Assembly (NCBI GenBank): GCA_964450435.1
Contig: CAYVCX010000008.1
Location: 6,548 to 70,547, forward strand
Length of the DNA: 64,000 nucleotides
From: an uncultured Anaerolineales bacterium
Lineage (GTDB): Bacteria; Chloroflexota; Anaerolineae; B4-G1
Reading direction: 5' to 3'
Positions 21,485-31,489 of the stretch are shown piece by piece; position 1 is the first letter of the stretch, and every line of letters begins with the position of its first letter. Made by a program: the position numbers and the translations under genes. Under the pieces are notes generated by a model. That model saw only the letters and a program-made list of their open reading frames with translations. It was not told where the DNA came from and did no database searches.

Positions 21485-21868
21485 CCCTTTCTCCGTTCTC
21501 CTGTGCGAAGGGTTTCATCTCACGCTCGCGTACGCAGCAGGCCGCACCACGTATTGTAAGCCAAGACTCGGCTCGCGACAAGGTATTCGCCCAACAGGAC
21601 GCGGCGGAACAGGCCCAGCCCTGACCGGCAACAGAACGCTCCGAGAAGGAGTCGAGCGTCCCATCAAGCGTGGCTGCGGCCCGCGTCCGTGGCGGCTCTG
21701 CCGGCCCGTGGTGCTCCTCTTGCCTCTCCTGGCATGGCGTTGTGGGCGGCAAAGCAAGGCTTCAGTGGATGGGACGAGCCGGCACCTCGCTCGGTGCCCC
21801 AGGTAGAGATGCGTCAACAGTGTCCCTCGATTGTGGGGCTGCTCACGGTGGTGGAGCTGGCTCGGTGA

Positions 21869-21877
21869 TGCTATAAT
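21869..21877 (+). promoter_or_regulatory. extended -10 element TGCTATAAT followed by AGCGCAG, upstream of amrB
   Basis: AT island 55 nt upstream of the start codon. The downstream motif is shared with 42106 and 24678. Confidence 0.3.
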
Positions 21878-21931
21878 AGCGCAGAGGCCTTGCCCAGTTC
21901 ACGGATCAGTCAGTAACTACAGGAGGACGCG

Positions 21932-22732
21932 ATGTCCCAGTTATCCATCCGACAACCGGCTGTCGCCGGGCAGTTCTATCCGGCCGATCCCGTCGAGCTG
22001 AAGCGGGAGGTGCAGCAGTACGTCAGCCGCGCGTCGCTTCCTGAGAACCTCGGGATCGTAAGGGCGGTCGTCGCCCCGCACGCCGGCTACGTCTACTCGG
22101 GGTCCACGGCGGGGTACGCCTTCAAGGCACTGGAGCAGCTTCCCAGCAGAGACTGGACCGTCTTCCTGCTGGGGCCTGCCCATCGGGTGCCCGTGAGCGG
22201 CGTGGCGCTGGGCAGCTACTCAGCATATCGTACACCTCTTGGCGACGTACCTGTGGCGGTCGAGCGCATCGCCGATATGCTAGCGCGGTCCTCACTGTAC
22301 CAGCGGATTCCTGGCGCTCATGCTCCGGAGCACTGTCTCGAGGTCGAGCTCCCCTTCCTGCAGGTCGTTCTATCGGAGTTCAGACTGGTGCCCATGCTGT
22401 TTGGACAGGTGGACCCGGGAGACGTGGTAGAGGATTTGGTCGATGAGATCGACGAGAATGATCTGATTGTCGTTTCTACGGATCTGAGCCATTTCTACCC
22501 GCATGATGCGGCTCAGGAGTTGGACCAGGATTTCCTGGACGCGCTGCTGCTGGGAGACGAGGACAAAGTTATGGGAGGCGAAGCCTGCGGACGTGCGCCG
22601 GCAGCAGCGCTCGCAGGAATCGCCGAGCGAAAAGGGTGGAGCCCTCATCTGCTTGACTATCGCACTTCCGGGGACACAGCAGGCAACAAGTCTCGCGTTG
22701 TGGGTTATGCTTCGGTGGCCTATGCAAGCTGA
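21932..22732 (+). CDS. amrB: AmmeMemoRadiSam system protein B (MEMO1 family)
   Basis: AGQFYPADP...VAPHAGYVYSG motif typical of the Memo family. Confidence 0.75.
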   Translation: MSQLSIRQPAVAGQFYPADPVELKREVQQYVSRASLPENLGIVRAVVAPHAGYVYSGSTAGYAFKALEQLPSRDWTVFLLGPAHRVPVSGVALGSYSAYRTPLGDVPVAVERIADMLARSSLYQRIPGAHAPEHCLEVELPFLQVVLSEFRLVPMLFGQVDPGDVVEDLVDEIDENDLIVVSTDLSHFYPHDAAQELDQDFLDALLLGDEDKVMGGEACGRAPAAALAGIAERKGWSPHLLDYRTSGDTAGNKSRVVGYASVAYAS

Positions 22733-22763
22733 GGCGGATAGGAGCTTAACGGAGAGAGACACA

Positions 22764-23330
22764 ATGTCGCTGTCGCCAGAGGAACGACGCTATCTACTCA
22801 ACCTAGCACGGGAATCGATCGCGCGGGCCGTCCAGAGCCAGGATCCACCCCCTATCGGCGGCGACGCTGTGCCCGAAACCCTTCGACGTCCGGGCGCGAG
22901 CTTCGTCACCCTGAACAAGAACAATCGACTTCGTGGTTGTATCGGTTCACTTGAAGCCCGACGTCCTCTGGCGCTGGACGTGCAACAGAATGCCATAGGG
23001 GCAGCGCTCCGCGATCCCCGCTTTCCCCCCGTGCGCCCGGAGGAGGTTGACGACCTGACGATCGAGATATCGGTGCTCAGTCTCCCTGAGCCCGTGGATT
23101 GCGACAACGTCGACGAGCTGTTAGACAGACTGCGCCCAGGTGTGGATGGGGTAGTGATCGAACGGGGATGGCACAGAGCTACGTTTCTTCCCCAGGTGTG
23201 GGAGAAGGTCCCGGACAAGGAGGAATTCCTCCACCGGCTCTGCCTGAAGGCAGGCCTCCCCGGCGATGCCTACCGTGACGGCGAACTCGGCGTCTCAACG
23301 TATCAGGTGGAGAAATTCAAGGAAGAATGA
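22764..23330 (+). CDS. amrA: AmmeMemoRadiSam system protein A (AMMECR1 domain)
   Basis: GASFVTLNKNNRLRGCIGSLEA motif. The ATG at 22764 (MSLSPEERRYLL) lies inside the longer track ORF 22503..23330. Confidence 0.75.
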   Translation: MSLSPEERRYLLNLARESIARAVQSQDPPPIGGDAVPETLRRPGASFVTLNKNNRLRGCIGSLEARRPLALDVQQNAIGAALRDPRFPPVRPEEVDDLTIEISVLSLPEPVDCDNVDELLDRLRPGVDGVVIERGWHRATFLPQVWEKVPDKEEFLHRLCLKAGLPGDAYRDGELGVSTYQVEKFKEE

Positions 23331-23420
23331 GCGTTTCCTGAACCGCGCAGCAGAGGAAGGCTGAAAGGTTGGGCCTTCGCCTTCGGGTCCATCCAACCAA
23401 TTCCGAGGCTGCCCGCTGCT

Positions 23421-24638
23421 CTACGGTTCGACCATAATCTCGATCCAGCGCTCGCCCAGCGGCAGAATCTCGAAGAAGCTGCTTCCAACCTTGAATGGGA
23501 GCGGGTCCCCCACCTCGTCCGTCAGGGTCAGCATGTCGTCTCGCTCTTCTCGATGCCAGATGCCGTCGAAGCGCTGCCCGTCCCGGAAGAGGATGGCCTG
23601 GCGATAGGGATTGTCCTTGTTCCACAGCGCCCACTGGATGGAGAGAGCACCGCTGTGGGGATCCTCCACGATGTTGGTGTTCCACTGGGAGACGTAGAGC
23701 ACCACGACGTTTGCCACGCTGAGTTGCTGTCCGGTAAGAGCATCTCTGTGCGGCGCGCCGTCGCTCCAGCGCAGGTAACGCTCCGCGCTCTCATCGTAGC
23801 GCCACTGGGCGTCCAGTCGGTTCCACGGAATAGTGATGCTGGTGGCAGGGCCGCTCGCCTCCATGTCAGGGCCAGGCCTCTCGGAGAAGACCATGCCCTC
23901 CAGGTTCTGTCTTCCTTCGATGCCTCGCGCCGCTGCCCACTCACGCACCAAGGTGGGGCTAGTGTACATGGTGTGCTCCAGCGGCACGCTGCGGCTATAG
24001 TCTCGGTAGAATGGGCGCGGTTGCAGCGTCTCTGGAAGACTGTCTGACACGATCTGGTCGGGGTAGAGGTCTGAATCCCGGAAAAGCGCAACAAGACCAT
24101 TGCTGAATCCTGAGTTGGCGAAGACGGCGTCATACATGGCCGGGATCTCCAGGTCGATGAGCCGCCCACTGCGCATCGGGCCCACACGTTCCGGAGACTG
24201 GCCAAGATAGACAGCAGTCCAGCGGGTCGCGAACCAGCCCTCGTTGTAGTGCTCGAAGATGAGATCTGCGCTGTCGATGCCAGCCTGGGGCCGCACGTAT
24301 TGCCCAGGCCAGTTCGATAGCTTGATGGCCACCGGCACCTGAGCGAGCTGGCGCGGATCGTCCACGACCTCGCCGGTCAGTGGGTTGACGTTTTCCGGCC
24401 AGGGCGTCGGCGTCGGAGTTGCTGTTGGGGTTGGGGTCGACGTGGGAAGCGGTGTGGCACTTGGCGGAGGCGTGCTCGTGGCCGTTGCCGGAGCCTCGGT
24501 TGGGGGCAGCGTCGCAGTGGGCTGAACCTCACTCCTGAGGCAGCCACTCAGCAAGGCAGACACAAAGGCCAACATCGCCAGCCCAGCCGCGATGAGCATC
24601 AAGGTGGGGGGCCATCGTTCGAGAGCGGTGTGAATCAT
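23421..24638 (-). CDS. DUF3048 family lipoprotein (YerB-like) with Pro/Thr-rich linker
   Basis: Signal peptide ending LLSGC (lipobox), followed by a TPPPSATPLPTSTPTPTATPTPTP linker. The conserved body (VAIKLSNWPGQYVRPQAGIDSADLIFEH...) matches the DUF3048 N- and C-terminal domains. GGAGGT RBS upstream of M at 24638. Confidence 0.55.
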   Translation of the reverse strand: MIHTALERWPPTLMLIAAGLAMLAFVSALLSGCLRSEVQPTATLPPTEAPATATSTPPPSATPLPTSTPTPTATPTPTPWPENVNPLTGEVVDDPRQLAQVPVAIKLSNWPGQYVRPQAGIDSADLIFEHYNEGWFATRWTAVYLGQSPERVGPMRSGRLIDLEIPAMYDAVFANSGFSNGLVALFRDSDLYPDQIVSDSLPETLQPRPFYRDYSRSVPLEHTMYTSPTLVREWAAARGIEGRQNLEGMVFSERPGPDMEASGPATSITIPWNRLDAQWRYDESAERYLRWSDGAPHRDALTGQQLSVANVVVLYVSQWNTNIVEDPHSGALSIQWALWNKDNPYRQAILFRDGQRFDGIWHREERDDMLTLTDEVGDPLPFKVGSSFFEILPLGERWIEIMVEP

Positions 24639-24781
24639 CCTAATCCGGTTACCTCCGTGTGCATGTCCAAGGACATCCATTATAGCACAGGCAAAACGTG
24701 CAGCAACTCTCGGTCACTTTTCGGCTCATGGCTTGGGTGGTATACTGAGACCACGGGACTGAGATCCAGGCCGGGTACCCT

Positions 24782-27046
24782 ATGCCCAAACGAAGCCAGT
24801 TCATTCCTGGTCGGCTGGTACCGCCAAGGCGGCCGCTGGCTGACTACCGCCCTCACGAACCGGTGGGAGCTGCCGCGGAGTATGTGCGAGCTCTCACTGC
24901 ACCGGGCGATGTTGTCGTGGATCTGTTCTGCCAGGGGCCAAGGTTCGTGCGGGAAGCGGTCGGGACCGGCCGACGCGCTCTAGGCTTCAGCATCAATCCC
25001 TTGCTGCTTCTGATCGCTCGACTGGACCTTTGCGGTCGAGATCCCCACGCGCTGAGTGCGGCGTTCACTCACCTGGCAAGTAGCTTGAAGGGGGACACGC
25101 CTCTCCACAGCCATCTGACGTCTCTCTACCGTTCTAGCTGTCCCGGCTGCGGCAGCCAAGGCGTCGCCGAATGGTTCGCCTGGGATCGGGACCTGGGCTA
25201 TCCCTTCGAGAAGGGGGTCCGCTGCCCCGACTGTGGCGAGGTGCAGACTGGACCTACAGACAGAGACGATGTCGTGCTGGCTCGCACGATGGCCCCTCGG
25301 AGCCTAGCCTATTACTATGCGTTGGATCGAGCAGCGCCTGTCGGTCATTCAGCCCGAAAGCGGGCCGCCGAGCTGGTTGACTGCTACACGCCGCGCAACC
25401 TGTCCGCCCTGATGGATCTGTCTCGCCGGCTCGAGGCTCTGCAGGCCGCTCCTGGCGTGAAGACGGCACTGATGGCCGTGCTGCTGGACTGTTTCGACCG
25501 TGGAAGCAAGCTCTATCCCCATGGCGAGGATCGCCGCCGGCCACGCACCCTAAGGACTCCACCTCGTTATCTCGAGCGGAACGTCTGGTACTGTTTCGAA
25601 AGGGGTTTTACAGGGCTCACGTCTGATGAACCGCGCCCGCTCCCCGGTCAGGCAGAGGATCCCGAGTCAGTTATGCAGAAGGAGAACGGCCAATATGCCC
25701 TGGTTCCACGTGCAGCCCGAGACATCGGAGACGTACTCCCGGCAGCGAGTGTAGAGCTGGTCCTTGCCGATCCACCACGTCCAGATGGTGCGTTCTGGGC
25801 GCTCTCGGCTCTTTGGGCAGCATGGCTGTGGAAGTCGCCTGAGGCTCACGCGATGCGTCCTTTTCTGCGACGGCGCCGCTTCGACTGGGAGTGGCACTGG
25901 GGCGCACTTGGAGAGGCTCTGACGGTTGTCGGGTCACGTCTCACCGCTGAAGGGGCTCTCGTGACCCTGTTCTCCGATTCCGCTGGGGCCTTGCTGGAGT
26001 CCGTCTGTCTGGCGGCATGCAGCGCAGGCTATGAGCTTCAAAACTGGGGCTACGCACCTGAGGTAGGCCATCGCCTAGTGTGGCATTGGAGGGGTATTCA
26101 CCCGGAGCCATCGTTGTCGACCGAGACGTTGAAGCAGGAACTGAGCGCCAGAGCACGGAGAGCAACTGTCAGGACTCTTTTGGATCGAGGGGAGCCCACG
26201 ACGAACGGGCTGCTGCGTACTGGAGCCTACGCGTCTCTCGTCGAAAGCGGGCTATTGTCCTCCGTCGCAGCCCTGGAGCAGGACCAGTCGCCGATGGGTT
26301 TCGCAGCAGAGGCTATCGACAACAGCTTTGGTAGGGCTTCCATGACAAAGCTCGGCCAAGCAGAGCAGAGCAATGAGGCATTGTGGTGGCTGACCGACAA
26401 GGGGGAAACGAGGGACACACTGGCAGACCGTGTCGAAGAAGCAGTGCGGTCCTTGCTTGCCGAACGGCCGACGTGGAATCAGGATGATCTGACAAACGCT
26501 CTCTATGGACAGTTCCCGCGCCAGCTGACCCCCGAACTCACACTGGTCCGGGTCTGCGTCGAATCCTACGGGACTTGCGATGATGAGGATGTCCGCTTGC
26601 GCCAGGAGGATGAGCAGCAGCGTCGAGGCCGTGAGGTCGATCAGATACGCGAAGACCTGGTCGCCATGGGAGAAGGAATCGGATACGTGGCCTGTACGGG
26701 CGACATCTGGGATGTTCGGTGGCTGGAAGAGGGGCGGGAGGCCTACGTCTTCAGCATCTCACCGACGGCAGCCCTGGCTCGGCATCTGCTGGACGAACGG
26801 CTGCCGACTACGGAAGGGCAGCGCTGTCTCGTCGTGCCGGGCAGTCGGGCAAGGCTGATCGACCTCAAGCTGAAGCGCGATCCGCGGCTGACCAGCGCCG
26901 TTGAGGCAGATGCGTGGCAGTTCATCAAATTCCGGCATCTTCGCCGGCTGAAGGCGAAGAAAGATCTGGATCAGTACGATCTGAGGACAGTTCTCGGACT
27001 TGATCCCATCGTCGAACATGAAGGAGCACAGATTCCGCTTTTCTAA
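24782..27046 (+). CDS. hypothetical protein, class-I methyltransferase-like with Zn-ribbon insertion and degenerate catalytic motif
   Basis: Motif-I-like VVDLFCQGPRF...G..A.GFSINP. CPGC..17..CPDC zinc ribbon. LVLADPPRP in place of (D/N)PP(Y/F/W). Long acidic C-terminal region with no recognisable domain. Confidence 0.45.
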   Translation: MPKRSQFIPGRLVPPRRPLADYRPHEPVGAAAEYVRALTAPGDVVVDLFCQGPRFVREAVGTGRRALGFSINPLLLLIARLDLCGRDPHALSAAFTHLASSLKGDTPLHSHLTSLYRSSCPGCGSQGVAEWFAWDRDLGYPFEKGVRCPDCGEVQTGPTDRDDVVLARTMAPRSLAYYYALDRAAPVGHSARKRAAELVDCYTPRNLSALMDLSRRLEALQAAPGVKTALMAVLLDCFDRGSKLYPHGEDRRRPRTLRTPPRYLERNVWYCFERGFTGLTSDEPRPLPGQAEDPESVMQKENGQYALVPRAARDIGDVLPAASVELVLADPPRPDGAFWALSALWAAWLWKSPEAHAMRPFLRRRRFDWEWHWGALGEALTVVGSRLTAEGALVTLFSDSAGALLESVCLAACSAGYELQNWGYAPEVGHRLVWHWRGIHPEPSLSTETLKQELSARARRATVRTLLDRGEPTTNGLLRTGAYASLVESGLLSSVAALEQDQSPMGFAAEAIDNSFGRASMTKLGQAEQSNEALWWLTDKGETRDTLADRVEEAVRSLLAERPTWNQDDLTNALYGQFPRQLTPELTLVRVCVESYGTCDDEDVRLRQEDEQQRRGREVDQIREDLVAMGEGIGYVACTGDIWDVRWLEEGREAYVFSISPTAALARHLLDERLPTTEGQRCLVVPGSRARLIDLKLKRDPRLTSAVEADAWQFIKFRHLRRLKAKKDLDQYDLRTVLGLDPIVEHEGAQIPLF

Positions 27047-27374
27047 GGGAGGCGAGTTCCAGCGTCCCGATCCAATGCGTCACCGGCTTGGACAGGATGT
27101 CCCTGGCCAGAAGGGGGGTTGTTGCCGTTGATTTATGGAGACCCGCCAGGTCAGGGGGCCGACCCGCGCCGCATCTGTCCCTGGACAGCATGGTGAGAGC
27201 GACAGCGGGAGGATCATGCCCACTGCCACGGTGGTAAAACTGTCCTCGAATACGCCGGCAGAGACACATGTGCGCCATCAGACGGCTGCCCGACGGCCCT
27301 CGGTCCCCCCGGCACGGCGTTGGGAAAAGCACAACACAATGGGGGCACGCCCCTCATCCGCCTGACAGGCGTAA

Positions 27375-27403
27375 TTGACGAGTGATGCCGCGGGCAGTAT
27401 AAT
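27375..27403 (+). promoter_or_regulatory. sigma70-type promoter TTGACG-N17-TATAAT, ~410 nt upstream of korD
   Basis: Perfect -35/-10 hexamers with a 17-nt spacer. AT island in a GC-rich intergenic region. Confidence 0.5.
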
Positions 27404-27814
27404 CTCAAGCAAGATGCTCAGCATCGCAGCGTCGAACCAGCCCGGGAGTGTCTTCCCACCAGGGGCCAATACCGGCACTCCAGGCTCGAACCTTGTGACG
27501 GGACACAGGCAAACCGTCAGCAAGCCAGAGGAGGACATCAAGCATTTGCTGGCTCGCCCCGCATTCAGCGCTGACGAGGCAACTGGGGATCCCAACCGTC
27601 AGGTTCCTGGCGACAGCAGGACCCGCGCTACCCTCTGCGGCGGGTCTGGCTTCGCCGCAACCGGTCTCACCGTTCAGCCCAAGCCAGTCGTTGCTCCACG
27701 CGAGTCGTCGGCCTCGCCACGGAGAGGCAAGCCGCGCGGTCACCTTCACCGACTGCTCGCGAATCGGGTCTTGCGCACATCTTCTTTCTGTTCTAGGTAC
27801 TGGGAGGCAGAGTA

Positions 27815-28057
27815 ATGGCACGAGGTAAGGTTATCATCAGGGAGGATCGCTGCAAGGGATGCGGTCTATGCGTGACTGTCTGCCCGGTGGAGATCCTACA
27901 ATTGGCAGAAGACCGGTTCAACGTCAAGGGACACCACCCTGTCGAAGTGACCGATCCCGAGGAATGTACGGGTTGTGCAATGTGCGCTACCATCTGCCCT
28001 GACGTGGTCTTCACCGTGTATCGGCGTGAGCGAAAGCGGAAGCGCACGACCGCATAG
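27815..28057 (+). CDS. korD: 2-oxoacid:ferredoxin oxidoreductase delta subunit (2x[4Fe-4S] ferredoxin)
   Basis: Two CxxCxxCxxxCP motifs in 80 aa. It is the first gene of a D-A-B-G cluster. GGGAGG RBS. Confidence 0.75.
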   Translation: MARGKVIIREDRCKGCGLCVTVCPVEILQLAEDRFNVKGHHPVEVTDPEECTGCAMCATICPDVVFTVYRRERKRKRTTA

Positions 28058-28067
28058 GAGATAGATA

Positions 28068-29147
28068 ATGGGAAAGGAACTCTTGGAAGGAAACGAGGCA
28101 TTCGCTGAGGCAGCGGTCCGGGCGGGGTTGGAGGCTTTCTACGGGTATCCAATCACGCCACAGAGCGAGGCACTGGAGCACCTATCGAAGCGTCTGCCAG
28201 AGTTGAATCGCTCATTCCTGCAGGCGGAGAGTGAAGTCGCGGCTATCAACATGGTCTACGGCGCAGCGTGTGCTGGCGCTCGAGTGATGACTTCGTCATC
28301 TAGCCCTGGCATCAGTCTCATGCAGGAGGGACTCTCGTACATCGCATGCTCCGAGGTGCCAGTTGTCTTGGTGAACGTAATGCGCGGGGGCCCGGGCCTG
28401 GGAAACATCCAACCGTCCCAGGGTGACTATTTCCAGTCCGTGAAGATGGCAGGGCATGGTGATTTTCACATGATTGTCCTCGCCCCGGCCAACGTGCAAG
28501 AGCTGATCGACAACATGGTCCTGGCGTTCGACCTAGCGGAGAAGTACCGCACCATCGTGCTGGTCGTAATCGATGGGTCCATTGGCCAGATGATGGAGCC
28601 GGCGGAGCTGCCGCCGCTGCAATCCGTCCGACATCGTGACGAGCGCGCCGAGTGGGCGCTGACTGGGGCCGATGGCCGCGAGCCGAACACCATCACCTCT
28701 CTATACCTGGGCGCTGAGAACCTAGAAGAGGTCAACCTTCGGCTCCAGGCGAAGTTGGAGAGAATCAGAGCCAACGAGACCCGGTGGAAGGAGTATGAGA
28801 CAGAAGATGCCGATCTGCTGCTGGTAGCCTTTGGTACAGTGGGGCGGATCTGTCAGACGGTGGTGCGAGATGCTCGGGACAAGGGTATGAACGTAGGGCT
28901 GCTCCGCCCGACCACCCTGTGGCCGTTCCCCACTGAACGGATTGCCGAGCTTGCTCAGCAGGTTCAAGGCATCTTGACAGTTGAGATGAACGCCGGGCAG
29001 ATGGTCGAGGACGTGCAACTGGCCGTGGGGGGGCGCTGCCCGGTGGCATTCTATGGCCGAATGGGAGGAGTCATACCCCTAGATGACGAGATCCTGCCTG
29101 AACTTGAGAAGTTGGCTGCCGACGTCAACGGCGGATTGGAGGCATGA
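28068..29147 (+). CDS. korA: 2-oxoacid:ferredoxin oxidoreductase alpha subunit
   Basis: N-terminus [34 protein letters not shown] is typical of PorA/KorA. Confidence 0.8.
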   Translation: MGKELLEGNEAFAEAAVRAGLEAFYGYPITPQSEALEHLSKRLPELNRSFLQAESEVAAINMVYGAACAGARVMTSSSSPGISLMQEGLSYIACSEVPVVLVNVMRGGPGLGNIQPSQGDYFQSVKMAGHGDFHMIVLAPANVQELIDNMVLAFDLAEKYRTIVLVVIDGSIGQMMEPAELPPLQSVRHRDERAEWALTGADGREPNTITSLYLGAENLEEVNLRLQAKLERIRANETRWKEYETEDADLLLVAFGTVGRICQTVVRDARDKGMNVGLLRPTTLWPFPTERIAELAQQVQGILTVEMNAGQMVEDVQLAVGGRCPVAFYGRMGGVIPLDDEILPELEKLAADVNGGLEA

Positions 29148-29148
29148 C

Positions 29149-29937
29149 ATGGCAACTGCTAAGAGCCTTGAGAACATGGAATTGGTCTACGACTATCCAG
29201 ACAGCCTGACAGAAGCGGACACCCACTATTGCCCCGGTTGCACGCACGGCACGATCCATCGTCTCATTGCTGAGGTGTTGGACGAGCTCGATGTCCGGGC
29301 AAGAACGATCGGCATCGCCCCGGTGGGATGCTCGGTGTTGGCGTACAACTACTTCAACACCGATTTTGCGGAGGCGGCACACGGGCGGGCGCCGGCGATG
29401 GCGACAGGCATCAAACGAGTCAGCCCGCAAAAGGTGGTGTTCACATATCAGGGCGACGGCGACCTGGCCGCTATTGGGACGGCCGAGATTGTCCACGCCG
29501 CGAATCGAGGCGAATTGCTCACGACGATCTTCGTGAACAACGCAATCTATGGGATGACCGGGGGGCAGATGGCTCCTACGACGCTGCCCGGCCAGGTGAC
29601 CACCTCTTCGCCGACCGGCAGAGATGTGGTGACAGCTGGACATCCCATCCGGATGGCTGAGTTGATCGGAGAGCTTCCCGGGTCTGCTTACGTTACCCGG
29701 CAGGCGGTGTTCGACGTCCGGGGGATTCGCCGTACGAAGCGGGCGATCAAGACAGCTTTCCGGGCCCAACTCGAGGGAGTGGGCTTCTCCATGGTCGAAG
29801 TGTTGTCGACGTGCAACACAAACTGGGGTATGTCGCCTCAGGAAGCACTGGAATGGGCCAAGGAACATATGGTGGACTACTACCCGCTGGGCGACACGAA
29901 AGCCAGCGAAGATGTCAGCGCGCTTCTGGAGGAATAG
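29149..29937 (+). CDS. korB: 2-oxoacid:ferredoxin oxidoreductase beta subunit (TPP-binding)
   Basis: CPGCTHG...GDGD TPP-binding motifs. The ATG at 29149 is 1 nt after the korA stop. Confidence 0.8.
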   Translation: MATAKSLENMELVYDYPDSLTEADTHYCPGCTHGTIHRLIAEVLDELDVRARTIGIAPVGCSVLAYNYFNTDFAEAAHGRAPAMATGIKRVSPQKVVFTYQGDGDLAAIGTAEIVHAANRGELLTTIFVNNAIYGMTGGQMAPTTLPGQVTTSSPTGRDVVTAGHPIRMAELIGELPGSAYVTRQAVFDVRGIRRTKRAIKTAFRAQLEGVGFSMVEVLSTCNTNWGMSPQEALEWAKEHMVDYYPLGDTKASEDVSALLEE

Positions 29938-29946
29938 GAGACCACG

Positions 29947-30489
29947 ATGCAAGAGGAAGTCATTATTTCTGGCTTCGGCGGACAGGGGGCACTTTTCGCC
30001 GGGCAGTTGCTAGCCTACGCCGCCATGGATCAGGGTCTCTTTGTGACCTGGATTCCGTCCTACGGTCCCGAGATGCGGGGAGGGAAAGCTCGCTGCACGG
30101 TCGTCGTCTCTGATCAGGAGATCGGCGCGCCGTTGGTGCGGCGCCCGAGTGCGGCTGTGGTGCTCAACATTCCGTCAATGGAGGCTTTCGAGCCGTCGGT
30201 GAAACCCGGAGGCGTGCTCGTGGTCAACAGCTCGATGGTTCCCGATCAGAGTGAGCGGGAGGACATTGAGGTGATCTACGCTCCCGCGAGCGACATGGCA
30301 ACCGAAATCGGCAACGTACGGATGGCGAACGTGGTCTGTCTGGGCGCTCTGTTGCAGGCTACCCGGGTCGTGTCACTGGACGCCGTCGCCCAAGCTCTGG
30401 AGGATCACTTGCCAGAGCGTCACCGAGATCTCCTCGATCTGAACAAGGAGGCGCTGCGGGAAGGAGCGGCGATTGCTCGCGGTTCGTAG
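29947..30489 (+). CDS. korC: 2-oxoacid:ferredoxin oxidoreductase gamma subunit
   Basis: IISGFGGQGALFAGQLLA... is typical of the gamma subunit. Confidence 0.8.
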   Translation: MQEEVIISGFGGQGALFAGQLLAYAAMDQGLFVTWIPSYGPEMRGGKARCTVVVSDQEIGAPLVRRPSAAVVLNIPSMEAFEPSVKPGGVLVVNSSMVPDQSEREDIEVIYAPASDMATEIGNVRMANVVCLGALLQATRVVSLDAVAQALEDHLPERHRDLLDLNKEALREGAAIARGS

Positions 30490-30775
30490 CCGCCGATCCG
30501 GGGCGTCTGTCGCCGAACTGGCTGATCACAGCGGCACGGGAGCCTATCTGATCAGCCCGCGGAAGACACCGCGAGTTGACGATGACGCGTCCCAGCAGGG
30601 TTCAGCACACGGGTTTGGCAGATCCGTCAGGTTGATCTGTGCACCTACCTGCCTTCTTCAGCCCCTAAGACACGGGAAGCCGGACCACTAGCCTGGTCGC
30701 TCCGCGACCAGGCTCAGACAACGGAGAGGTTTGAGGGAGCCACTGCAGGATTCGGTCGGCTCGCAACCTGTAGAG

Positions 30776-30815
30776 AGAACGTGGAGCGGCGGAGCGCTCC
30801 ACGTTCTTCTTTGCC
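30776..30815. terminator. hairpin terminator: 13-bp perfect stem AGAACGTGGAGCG/CGCTCCACGTTCT, then TCTTTG
   Basis: Seen directly in sequence. It lies between the kor operon and the fur promoter. Confidence 0.45.
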
Positions 30816-30880
30816 GCTACGGCGCGTCGATGGCTCTCGATGGCGTTTGAGGTACACGAGGGCACCCAATGTCGGCGCAC

Positions 30881-30935
30881 TTGTCAAGTCGCAGCCACCG
30901 TGGTATGATTGTTGAAAATGAGAATCACTTGCAAT
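30881..30935 (+). promoter_or_regulatory. promoter TTGTCA-N17-TATGAT overlapped by a Fur-box-like operator upstream of fur-feoAB
   Basis: GAAAATGAGAATCACTTGC matches the 19-bp Fur box GATAATGATAATCATTATC at 14/19 positions. It overlaps -10/+1. Confidence 0.45.
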
Positions 30936-30962
30936 AAGCTGACACCCACCGAGTGAGGAGAG

Positions 30963-31388
30963 ATGGACAAGCCGAGGGACGGATTGCGAGAGGCTTTCCA
31001 GGATGCCGGTCGGCGTCTGACATCTCAGCGGCGTCTGATTCTGGATGTTCTGAAAGAGTGTGACGAGCACCTAGAGGCGGACGCGATTCACGACCGAGCC
31101 AAGACGGATGCTCCTGGCCTGAGCCTCGCGACAGTCTACCGCACTCTGGCTCTGCTGAAAGAGATGGGCCTGATTGAGGAACATCGGCTTGGAGAAGGCC
31201 ACAGCCACTACGAAGCGGTCCAGGAGGAGCCACACTACCATTTCACGTGCCAGCGCTGCGGCAAGGTAATAGAGTTTGATACGTCCTTGGTCACCAGGGT
31301 GAAGCACGATCTATGCGAGCAGGAAGGTGTTCGCATCACGAACTCCCATCTTCATCTCATAGGTTATTGCAGGGATTGCCAGGACTGA
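30963..31388 (+). CDS. fur: Fur family transcriptional regulator (ferric uptake regulator-like)
   Basis: DNA-binding helix ...ATVYRTLALL... HxH..E metal site, and CxxC...CxxC structural-zinc site. It sits upstream of feoAB and has a Fur-box-like operator in its own promoter. Confidence 0.75.
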   Translation: MDKPRDGLREAFQDAGRRLTSQRRLILDVLKECDEHLEADAIHDRAKTDAPGLSLATVYRTLALLKEMGLIEEHRLGEGHSHYEAVQEEPHYHFTCQRCGKVIEFDTSLVTRVKHDLCEQEGVRITNSHLHLIGYCRDCQD

Positions 31389-31489
31389 GAAGCGCGGGGG
31401 GGGATGTCCCACTCTCCTCACTGCAGCAAAGACACGCGAGGGTCATGGGCTGACTCTTGACGCAGACTTTATCGGAGGACAGCGAAGCA

